64,000 nt of DNA, from NCBI GenBank assembly GCA_041661685.1, contig JBAZTY010000001.1, positions 691 to 64,690 of the forward strand, given 5' to 3'. Below, piece after piece: positions 23,194 through 31,225 of the stretch (the first letter of the stretch is position 1; every line of letters begins with the position of its first letter). A program made the position numbers and the translations under genes. This DNA is from Patescibacteria group bacterium (lineage in GTDB: Bacteria; Patescibacteriota; Patescibacteriia; Patescibacteriales; UBA12465). The notes under the pieces are model-generated. The model was not told the DNA's origin and searched no databases. It worked only from the letters and a program-made list of their open reading frames with translations.

Positions 23194-24519
23194 TTATCTC
23201 CCTCCTCTACTGAGCATGGTCGCTACTGTCCGCAGGGCGATGGACAAGTCTAGATAGAGAGAGCGATGTTTGAGATAGAATAAGTCGTATTGGAGTTTCT
23301 CCAAGCTATCTTCGACCGAAGGGGAATGGTAGCGGCCGGAAATCTGGTCCCAGCCGGTGAGCCCCGGCTTGATCAGGAGGCGGGTCTTGAAGAAGGGAAT
23401 CTGCTTCTCGAGATCGGCGGTTATTTCCGGGCGTTCCGGGCGCGGGCCGATAAAGCTCATCTCGCCGCGCAGGATATTCCAAATTTGAGGAATTTCATCT
23501 AATCGCGTTTTGCGCAAGAAGTTGCCGAAGCCGGTGATACGCTTGTCGCCTTCTATGGTCATGGTCCTGGTGTTGTCCTCTTCTTTCATGGTCCGGAATT
23601 TTATCATCCAGAAAGGCTTCTCGTTGCGGCCCAGGCGGACTTGGCGGAAAAAGACTGGTCCGCGGCTCTCAAGCTTGATGATAATAGCGATGAGGGGCCA
23701 AAGGGGAAGAGTGATTAAGAGGACGATGATCGCCAGGATCGTGTCTATCAGCTGCTTGATGAAATTATAATAATTCTTGCCGCCTTCTTTCAGATTTTCC
23801 AGGAACCAGCCCGGTCCGATCTCTTCGACCGGAACTTTGCCGGTCAGGAGCTCATAAAAATCCGGGTAATCGAAGAAAGTGATATTAAGAGACAGGCAAT
23901 TGAAGAGGACTTGGCGCAAGCTGCCGCTCAGTCCGAAATCTTCGCAGATGACGACGGTATGGATATCTTTCTCCTTGATGCTCTCGGCTAGGCTGGCGAT
24001 CTCTTCTTGGTTCTTGAAAATAAGGGCGGCTTGATAGCCGGCGCCGGGGTTGTTCTGCAGGCCGGCCACGATCTTCTCCGTCTTCTGGTTGAAGCCGATA
24101 ATCGCCAGGCTTTCTTTGGGGATGAAAGAATGGATCAGCCCCTGGTAAAGGCCGCGCCAGGCAAAGAAGAGCAGGCTGAAGAGACCTAGGAAGATCAGGA
24201 GATTGGTCTTAGGAGCGATGCTGGTATTGGAATTGAGATAGAAATAGAGGATGGATAAGCCGCCGCTCAAGACGATAGCGCTGACGAGCTTCTGGAAAAA
24301 GACGCGGCCGTTCGCTTTCAGGTTGAGATTATAGAAATCATTAATATAAAGGACAATTAGCCAAATAATGAAGACAACGAAAAAATAGCGGGAGTGCTCC
24401 AGCCAGGTGCTGGTCCAGAGTGGTTGCGGATAGCGGATGGCGATTGTCAAGAATAGCGCCAGATTAAGGCTGGCCAGGTCGCCGCAGAACAGAATGAATT
24501 TTCTAAAACGGTTTAGCAT
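23194..24519 (-). CDS. polyprenyl-phosphate sugar-phosphate transferase (bacterial sugar transferase, WbaP/WcaJ-like priming enzyme)
   Basis: C-terminal catalytic domain motifs: KLESRGPVFFRQVRLGRNEKPFWMIKFRTM, DEIPQIWNILRGEMSFIGPRPERPE, KPGLTGWDQISG. Confidence 0.9.
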   Translation of the reverse strand: MLNRFRKFILFCGDLASLNLALFLTIAIRYPQPLWTSTWLEHSRYFFVVFIIWLIVLYINDFYNLNLKANGRVFFQKLVSAIVLSGGLSILYFYLNSNTSIAPKTNLLIFLGLFSLLFFAWRGLYQGLIHSFIPKESLAIIGFNQKTEKIVAGLQNNPGAGYQAALIFKNQEEIASLAESIKEKDIHTVVICEDFGLSGSLRQVLFNCLSLNITFFDYPDFYELLTGKVPVEEIGPGWFLENLKEGGKNYYNFIKQLIDTILAIIVLLITLPLWPLIAIIIKLESRGPVFFRQVRLGRNEKPFWMIKFRTMKEEDNTRTMTIEGDKRITGFGNFLRKTRLDEIPQIWNILRGEMSFIGPRPERPEITADLEKQIPFFKTRLLIKPGLTGWDQISGRYHSPSVEDSLEKLQYDLFYLKHRSLYLDLSIALRTVATMLSRGGR

Positions 24520-24690
24520 ATTTTTAGCGGATTATGTTTTAAATATATCAGTTTAATCCCTAAAAATCAATAAAAAAATCGGTTTATTTTCTAGTTAGAT
24601 ATGCTATAATAAAGTCAGTTATCCGCGGCGATTTTTCTCGTCCATCGGGATAACGGCAAGATTTAATTTATTTTGCTAATATTAAATAAA

Positions 24691-26793
24691 ATGTTAAAGA
24701 TAAAAAAATCCTGGCTGATTTTAGGGGTCTGTTTTTTTGTTTCCGCTTTATTTTTAGCCCCGTCAGTTTCAGAAGCGGCGGTCTGCGATCAGAATACGAA
24801 CATTACTTTCGTGGCGCGCGATCCGGGCGGCTCGTATATCATGAATGCCCGCGTCGATGTCTATAAGCAGGAGCGAGACGCGAATGGCGTGACTAGACCG
24901 ACGACGAAGTTTACCGGCGGCAATACCGATTCCGTCTTGGGGCGCGTGAATCTTAGTTGGCGCAATTCTAACGTCTCTTCCGATAATTATGTTATCCGCG
25001 TCCAGACTATTTCCAAGGATAACGCTAGTTTTTGGTTTTACGGAATAAATTTGGATTGTGGTGAGACTGCTTCCGTCGAAAGGACTTTGAGCGGCGCTTT
25101 ATTTACGCTCTATGATTCTGATAATAATCTTCTGACTAATACCGCTTTCAATGTTTATTCGCAGACGACTGATACCGATGGCGCGCCGCTGAAGAACGAA
25201 TTATTAGCCGGTCTCAATTCCGGTTCGACCGGCCGCGTCAAAACGTATCTCCCGCAGGGCAGCGTCCGCAGCCTCGACGGGACGCTGAAAGACCTTTACG
25301 CCATGGAGATAACCTATAATGGAGTCAAATCTTATTTCTATAATATTCAGATCTACGACGGCCAGCTGACGAACGTCAATTATTATTTAAGTGTCATCAA
25401 GGTCCGCTTGAAAGACGCCAGTGATAATAATGCGACCGGCGCGAAAGTCGAGGTCTATAACCAGAGTACGGATGCGAGCGATAATTATGTCAAAGGATCC
25501 AAGATCGGAGAATTCACTATCGGCGATAACGGCTACGGCTCAATGGAAATCGCTCCCGGCCTGTATATGCTGGCCGTCAAGAACGCGGACGGAACTTATA
25601 AATATTTTTGGGATAACCGGGTGGCTGATGGCGCTACCAGCCAATTCTTTTTGACTTTAGATAAAGCGTATTCTTCCTCTTCGTCTGATTCGACCTCCGC
25701 CAGCGGCGTCTGCAATAGCAGCTCTAATTTGAACCTAACTTTGCGCAATGCCGCCGGCGATATCGCCCCCGGATTAAAATTCGAGGTTTATACGCAGGCA
25801 GCTGACGCCAATGGCTTGCCCGCGGCGGGGACGAAAGTCTCGAGCGGCACGATCGATTCCGGCGGGCGCGCTACTGTTTCTTTCAAGCCGGATACTACTA
25901 AGACTTATGCTCTTAAGATCTGGGATAAGAAAGCCGACCTCGGCGAGTTCTGGTTCTTCGACGCTCTTAAATTCACTTGCGCTACGGATAAGACGATAGC
26001 GAAGACTATCCCGGTCCTGAAGATAATCCTGCGCGACGGAAAAGGAAATTTGAAGCGCAATCACGATTTTTCTTTGTCGGCCCAGCAATATGACGCCGAT
26101 AATAATCCGATCATTCCTAACAACGGCTTGATCGCCAATATGAAGACCGATGCCGGCGGGCAGGCCTATATCTATGTCGCCCCCTATAACCCGTATCGCC
26201 GCAATCAGACCGGGCGTTATGTCGTCAGCTCGAAGAATGCCAGCGGCACGACGATCGTCTTATATAATATTATCGTTTCCGCGGACAAGGATACGACCTT
26301 CGAAGCGCGGATAAAAGAGAACGCGCCTTCGACCAGTTCGACTTCTTCTTCATCAGCCGCCGCGAATTCGGCCGCGAACTCAACCTCCTCTTCTAATTCT
26401 GCCGCTGCGGCCGCCTCCTCTCTGGCTCAGAGCCTGAAGGGCCGGATCTTATTGCAGGTCCAGGATAAGGGGCAGGCCTGGTATGTCAATCCGATAGACA
26501 GCAAGAAATATTATCTCGGCCGTCCGACTGACGCTTTTAATCTGATGCGCCGTTTCGGTTTAGGGATATCAAATGAGAATTTTACGGCTCTGGCGAAAAA
26601 TCCGAGCGCTTGGAAGAACCTGGCCGGACGCATCCTGCTCAAGACTGAAGACAAGGGCATGGCTTATTACTTTGATCCGCTCAAGCTGAAACTGTATTAT
26701 CTCGGCCGCCCGGCGGACGCTTTCAATGTTATCAGAAGCCGCGGCTTGGGGATAAGCAATGCTAACCTGGATAAGATCGCGACCGGAAAATAA
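24691..26793 (+). CDS. secreted multi-domain repeat protein with a Ser/Ala linker and two C-terminal repeats of about 60 aa
   Basis: Signal peptide (SWLILGVCFFVSALFLAPSVSEA). Several beta-sandwich-like repeats (V.VY.Q..D.NG...). SSTSSSSAAANSAANSTSSSNSAAAAASS linker. Repeats are GRILLQVQDKGQAWYVNP..KKYYLGRPTDAFNLMRRFGLGISN and GRILLKTEDKGMAYYFDP..KLYYLGRPADAFNVIRSRGLGISN. ATG 24691 is preferred over the track's TTG 24673. Confidence 0.7.
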   Translation: MLKIKKSWLILGVCFFVSALFLAPSVSEAAVCDQNTNITFVARDPGGSYIMNARVDVYKQERDANGVTRPTTKFTGGNTDSVLGRVNLSWRNSNVSSDNYVIRVQTISKDNASFWFYGINLDCGETASVERTLSGALFTLYDSDNNLLTNTAFNVYSQTTDTDGAPLKNELLAGLNSGSTGRVKTYLPQGSVRSLDGTLKDLYAMEITYNGVKSYFYNIQIYDGQLTNVNYYLSVIKVRLKDASDNNATGAKVEVYNQSTDASDNYVKGSKIGEFTIGDNGYGSMEIAPGLYMLAVKNADGTYKYFWDNRVADGATSQFFLTLDKAYSSSSSDSTSASGVCNSSSNLNLTLRNAAGDIAPGLKFEVYTQAADANGLPAAGTKVSSGTIDSGGRATVSFKPDTTKTYALKIWDKKADLGEFWFFDALKFTCATDKTIAKTIPVLKIILRDGKGNLKRNHDFSLSAQQYDADNNPIIPNNGLIANMKTDAGGQAYIYVAPYNPYRRNQTGRYVVSSKNASGTTIVLYNIIVSADKDTTFEARIKENAPSTSSTSSSSAAANSAANSTSSSNSAAAAASSLAQSLKGRILLQVQDKGQAWYVNPIDSKKYYLGRPTDAFNLMRRFGLGISNENFTALAKNPSAWKNLAGRILLKTEDKGMAYYFDPLKLKLYYLGRPADAFNVIRSRGLGISNANLDKIATGK

Positions 26794-26799
26794 TTATGC

Positions 26800-27804
26800 A
26801 TGATACGACCTATGGCCGAAATTGATTATAAATGGCCGACTATCGGCAATGAGAAAGTGATAGAATTCTTAGAGCGCGGCCTGAAAAATGACCGGATCGC
26901 CCAGACTTATGTTTTCACCGGCGCCGATGACTTAGGAAAATCAACGATTGCCTTGGCTTTTGCCGATAATCTGCAAGGCCATCCGCAAGGCTTCAATAGC
27001 GACCTGCATATTCTCGAGCCGGAAGCCGAGAAGAAGAGCATTTCGATCGAGGCCGTCCGAGAGTTCATCAAGACGCTTAATTTGAGTTCTTTCCTTAATT
27101 CCTATAAGATTGGAATCATCAAGCAGGCCGATCTTATGAGCCCGGAAGCGAAGAGCGCGCTGCTTAAGACCTTGGAAGAACCGAAAGAGAAGGTGATTAT
27201 TATTTTACTGGCTGTGGATGAGCATAACTTGCCGGAAACGATCCTGTCGCGCGCCCAAGTCCTGTATTTCTATCCGGTGCCGGCCGCGACTATCTATGAT
27301 TACCTCTTGAATAATCAGGGCGCCAATCGGAATCTGGCTAAAGACTTATCGTCTTTGGCCTTAGGCCGGCCCCTGGTCGCCTTGAAGTTATTCGAGAATC
27401 CGGGCGCCTACGAAGCCTATCTTGAAAAAGCGGCCAGCTGGCTCGAATTGATGCGCCTCGGCGCGAGCGATCGCTTGAGCGTCCTTGATAAGATTTTCAT
27501 TGATAAGACCTGGAGCAAGTCGGCCGTCGAATCGGCCAATGCCGTGATCCTCATGGCCGAGGGTTTGGCCCGCGACCTGCTGCTCTTGAGCCTGGATAAG
27601 GATGAACATCTCCAGCACTCGGCTCTTAAATCAGAGTTAGAGAAGACTTTGGAATCTTTGGGAGTTAATAGGGTTGACGGTGGCGGCAATTTTAATGCGG
27701 CTGATCTATTGAATCAATTTCGCATATTAGCGCAGGCGAAAGAATATCTGGCCGGAAACGTCAACCCGCGCCTAGTGCTGGAACAGATTATTTTAAATTT
27801 TTAA
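26800..27804 (+). CDS. holB: DNA polymerase III delta-prime subunit
   Basis: AQTYVFTGADDLGKSTIALAFA (P-loop-like), ALLKTLEEPKEKVIIILLA and LPETILSRAQVLYF. Confidence 0.8.
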   Translation: MIRPMAEIDYKWPTIGNEKVIEFLERGLKNDRIAQTYVFTGADDLGKSTIALAFADNLQGHPQGFNSDLHILEPEAEKKSISIEAVREFIKTLNLSSFLNSYKIGIIKQADLMSPEAKSALLKTLEEPKEKVIIILLAVDEHNLPETILSRAQVLYFYPVPAATIYDYLLNNQGANRNLAKDLSSLALGRPLVALKLFENPGAYEAYLEKAASWLELMRLGASDRLSVLDKIFIDKTWSKSAVESANAVILMAEGLARDLLLLSLDKDEHLQHSALKSELEKTLESLGVNRVDGGGNFNAADLLNQFRILAQAKEYLAGNVNPRLVLEQIILNF

Positions 27805-27808
27805 AAAT

Positions 27809-28921
27809 ATGAATCGGAAAAACTTGAAAATGATTATCGCGCTCACGGCTATTATGATTACGGCCTCGGCCTGTTCAATTTCGACCTCCTCGACGGGAGG
27901 GAACTCCGCTAACGACAGCAGCCTATTCTTGTCGACTGACGCCGGCAATACTTGGCGCGCGGTGGCGAGCGTGCCGACTAACGATGGGCGCCTCCAGTCT
28001 ATCAGCGACGTTAACGTCAATGTCATGTCTATGGATCCTCAGGATTCTCTGGCGGTCTATCTGGGAACTTTTGAGCGCGGCTTGTATTATACCTATAACG
28101 TTACTAAGGGCTGGATCGCGGTTTCCGGCTTGCCGGCGACGACTATCAGCGACGTCAAAGTCGATCCGAAGAATAAATGCGTGATCTATGCGGCTTTAGC
28201 CAATCGCGTCTATCGCTCGGCTGATTGCGCCCGGACCTGGGCGCAGATTTATTTCGACAATAATACCGGCGTGACCGTGAACGCCGTCGCCATCGATCAT
28301 TATAATACCGCCAATATTTATATCGGCACGAGCCGCGGCGAGATAATCAAGAGCATCGATTCCGGCGCGGCTTGGCGGACTATCCAGCGGACGGATGAAG
28401 GCATCGCCCGCTTATTGGTCTCGCCCCTCGACAGCCGCTTGGTTTTCGTCGCTACGGCGAAGAATAAGATCTATAGCTTTACTTCCAATACCGATACTAA
28501 CGCCGCTTATTCTTCCGATATCGAGCAGAATTTCATCGTCGATAATTGGACGGATCTGAACGCGGTGCTGAGCGATTTCGATCTGGGGAGCAGCTTCAAG
28601 GATGTCATCGTGAGCGCGAAAGACGGCTCGATCTTCCTGGCGACCGAGAAGCTCATTCTGCGCTCTCCGGATAACGGCATCACTTGGGAGAATATCAAAC
28701 TGCTCCAGCCCGATAAGTCCGCGGCTATCAACGCTATCGCCATTGATCCGCAGAATTCCAGCAATATCTATTATGTGACCAATACGACTTTCTTCAAGTC
28801 GACTGACGGCGGCACGACCTGGACCACCAAGAATCTGCCGACCGCCCGCGCCGGCCGTACTCTGCTTATCGATTTTAATAATCCGAATAATATTTATTTA
28901 GGAACGGTTAAATTAAAATAA
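27809..28921 (+). CDS. BNR/Asp-box repeat beta-propeller lipoprotein (Ycf48/sialidase-like fold)
   Basis: Lipobox ITASAC. Four Asp-box motifs: STDAGNTW, SIDSGAAW, SPDNGITW, STDGGTTW. Confidence 0.7.
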   Translation: MNRKNLKMIIALTAIMITASACSISTSSTGGNSANDSSLFLSTDAGNTWRAVASVPTNDGRLQSISDVNVNVMSMDPQDSLAVYLGTFERGLYYTYNVTKGWIAVSGLPATTISDVKVDPKNKCVIYAALANRVYRSADCARTWAQIYFDNNTGVTVNAVAIDHYNTANIYIGTSRGEIIKSIDSGAAWRTIQRTDEGIARLLVSPLDSRLVFVATAKNKIYSFTSNTDTNAAYSSDIEQNFIVDNWTDLNAVLSDFDLGSSFKDVIVSAKDGSIFLATEKLILRSPDNGITWENIKLLQPDKSAAINAIAIDPQNSSNIYYVTNTTFFKSTDGGTTWTTKNLPTARAGRTLLIDFNNPNNIYLGTVKLK

Positions 28922-28943
28922 TAATATTTAATAATAAAAATAT

Positions 28944-29498
28944 ATGAACCAGTATCTGCAAGCGAAACAAAATGAATTCACTAACGCCCTGGATTTCTTC
29001 AAGAAAGAGATCGGCGCCCTGCGCACCGGCCGCGCTAATCCGGCCGTGCTCGATAATGTCGAAGTCGAAGCTTATGGCGTCATGAATCCGCTCAACGCCG
29101 TCGGCAATATCGCTGTGGCCGATTCCCGCAGCATCATCATCGCGGCCTGGGATAAGACTGTCGTCAAGAATATCGAGAAAGCGCTGGTTGAAGCTGATTT
29201 GGGCTTAGGCGTAGTAAATGAGGGGGACAAGATTAGGCTGACCGTTCCGCCGCTCACCGAAGAAAACCGCAAGGAACTCGCGAAGAAGCTGAACGAAAAG
29301 ATGGAGAAGGTCCGCATCATCCTGCGCGGCGCTCGGGACAACGTCAAGAATCTGATCGAGAAGGCCTATGAGGCTAAGGAGATTTCTGAGGATGATAAAT
29401 TCCGCTTCATGAAGGAGCTGGACGAATTTTCCGCGAAGAAGAACGAGGAACTGAAAGATATCCGCGACCGCAAGGAGCAGGATATCATGGAGATCTAA
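28944..29498 (+). CDS. frr: ribosome recycling factor
   Basis: 184 aa with a typical RRF sequence (LRTGRANPAVLDNVEVEAYG ... IRLTVPPLTEENRKELAKK). Confidence 0.9.
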   Translation: MNQYLQAKQNEFTNALDFFKKEIGALRTGRANPAVLDNVEVEAYGVMNPLNAVGNIAVADSRSIIIAAWDKTVVKNIEKALVEADLGLGVVNEGDKIRLTVPPLTEENRKELAKKLNEKMEKVRIILRGARDNVKNLIEKAYEAKEISEDDKFRFMKELDEFSAKKNEELKDIRDRKEQDIMEI

Positions 29499-29507
29499 TC
29501 ATAATCT

Positions 29508-30668
29508 ATGTTATTAACAATAATCATCTTCCTGCTGGTCTTATCGGTGCTGGTGCTTGTCCATGAATTCGGGCATTTCTTGACCGCGCGCTTTTTCGGC
29601 GTCAAAGCGGAAGAATTCGGCCTAGGCTTTCCGCCGCGGGCTATCGGCTGGTATCGCAATCGTTTTGGCAAATGGCGGACGATCGCCGGTAATCGCAGCG
29701 TCGAGAGCCTGGAAGCGAGCGACAACGAAGCCCTGCACCCGGCGAAGCATGCCACTATTTATTCGCTCAATTGGCTGCCGCTCGGCGGATTCGTCAAGAT
29801 AAAAGGCGAGAATGGCGGCGATAAGGACGAAGGCGACAGCTTCAGTTCTAAGAATATTACTCGGCGCATCGCTATCTTATCAGCCGGCGTGATTATGAAT
29901 ATTGTTCTCGCCTGGATTCTATTTTCTGTCGGTTATATGATCGGCTTGCCGCAATCTTCGGATACGCTTGGTAAGAAAGCGCGCGTCACCGACGCGCAAG
30001 TGCTGGTCCAGGAAGTCCTGCCGGAATCGGCCGCGGCTAGCGCCGGGCTTAAAGCCGGCGACGCTATCTTGCGTATCAATGATATGGGCATCGAGACCGA
30101 AAAGGTCTTGCAGGACGCGGTCGCGGCTAGCGCCGGCCGAGAAGCGGAGTTATTAATTAAAAGAGAAGGGGTTGAGCAGACCGTGAAAGTGACACCGCCG
30201 GTTAAAGAGGGCGGGCGCGCGACTATCGGTATCGCGATTTATTCTTCCGGGCTGGTCCGTTATCCTTTCTTTGTAGCTTTCTGGGAGGGCGCGAAGACGA
30301 CGGGCTGGATTTTAGAGCAAATAGTCGTCGCTTTCGGCAACCTGTTCACGCAGATATTCCATGGCGATAATGTCGGCGATCAATTCGCCGGACCGGTCGG
30401 GATAGCTAAGATCACCGGGCAAGCGGCGCATCTTGGCTTCACTTACTTGCTTCAGTTCATGGCGCTCTTATCTTTGAATCTCGCGGTTATTAACATCGTC
30501 CCATTTCCGGCTCTAGACGGCGGGCGCATCCTGTTCCTGGCGATTGAGAAGATGAAGGGAAAGCCGGTGCGCAAAGAAGTGGAAGCGCTTATTCATAATA
30601 TCGGCTTCTTACTGCTCATCGCTGTTATTATTTTCGTCACTTATAAGGATATTATTAAGCTGTTTTAA
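29508..30668 (+). CDS. rseP: RIP (site-2) zinc metalloprotease, M50 family
   Basis: HEFGHF (HExxH) in the first TM helix, a PDZ-like segment (AASAGLKAGDAILRIND), and C-terminal NLAVINIVPFPALDGG. Confidence 0.9.
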   Translation: MLLTIIIFLLVLSVLVLVHEFGHFLTARFFGVKAEEFGLGFPPRAIGWYRNRFGKWRTIAGNRSVESLEASDNEALHPAKHATIYSLNWLPLGGFVKIKGENGGDKDEGDSFSSKNITRRIAILSAGVIMNIVLAWILFSVGYMIGLPQSSDTLGKKARVTDAQVLVQEVLPESAAASAGLKAGDAILRINDMGIETEKVLQDAVAASAGREAELLIKREGVEQTVKVTPPVKEGGRATIGIAIYSSGLVRYPFFVAFWEGAKTTGWILEQIVVAFGNLFTQIFHGDNVGDQFAGPVGIAKITGQAAHLGFTYLLQFMALLSLNLAVINIVPFPALDGGRILFLAIEKMKGKPVRKEVEALIHNIGFLLLIAVIIFVTYKDIIKLF

Positions 30669-30672
30669 AAAT

Positions 30673-31029
30673 ATGCAAATCAAATTAAAATCCACTAAAT
30701 TAGAGATGACTCCGGCTATCAAGAATTATATCCAAGAGAAGATGGATATGATTGAAAAATATTTGGGCGGTATCCAGATCTTGAATTGCGACGTGGAAAT
30801 AGAGAAATCCGTCGGCGGCCAGCATAAAGGCGAAATTTTCCGCGCGGAGGTTAATCTACAATTGCCGCGCGAGATCTTGCGCGTCGAGAAGACCGAGGAG
30901 GATATGTATAAGGCGATTGATAAAGTTAAGGATCATCTGGAATTAGTCATCAAGAAATATAAGGAGAAGCTCTACGATCGCAAGAAGGCCGAAAAGCTCG
31001 GCGCTGAAGAATTGTCGGAAGAGGAATAA
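30673..31029 (+). CDS. hpf: ribosome hibernation promoting factor (short HPF/RaiA)
   Basis: MTPAIKNYIQEKM..EKYL N-terminus typical of the sigma-54 modulation / S30EA family. Confidence 0.8.
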   Translation: MQIKLKSTKLEMTPAIKNYIQEKMDMIEKYLGGIQILNCDVEIEKSVGGQHKGEIFRAEVNLQLPREILRVEKTEEDMYKAIDKVKDHLELVIKKYKEKLYDRKKAEKLGAEELSEEE

Positions 31030-31061
31030 GTTTATTTTGGATTAAGATTTCAGAAAATGAA

Positions 31062-31089
31062 AAAGGCCTTGCTGGCGGCAGGGCCTTTT
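31062..31089 (+). terminator. rho-independent terminator after hpf
   Basis: AAAGGCCTTGC-tggcg-GCAGGGCCTTT (one G-U pair), followed by T. Confidence 0.55.
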
Positions 31090-31225
31090 AGAACCGGATT
31101 TGTCATTTTTTTGACAAGAAGTCAATATTTATTTAATGAGAAATACGTATTATACTAATGTTAGAGCTAAAGAACTATTTTGCTTGATTTATTTTTTGTA
31201 ATCTTGGCTAAATTATTTTAATGAT

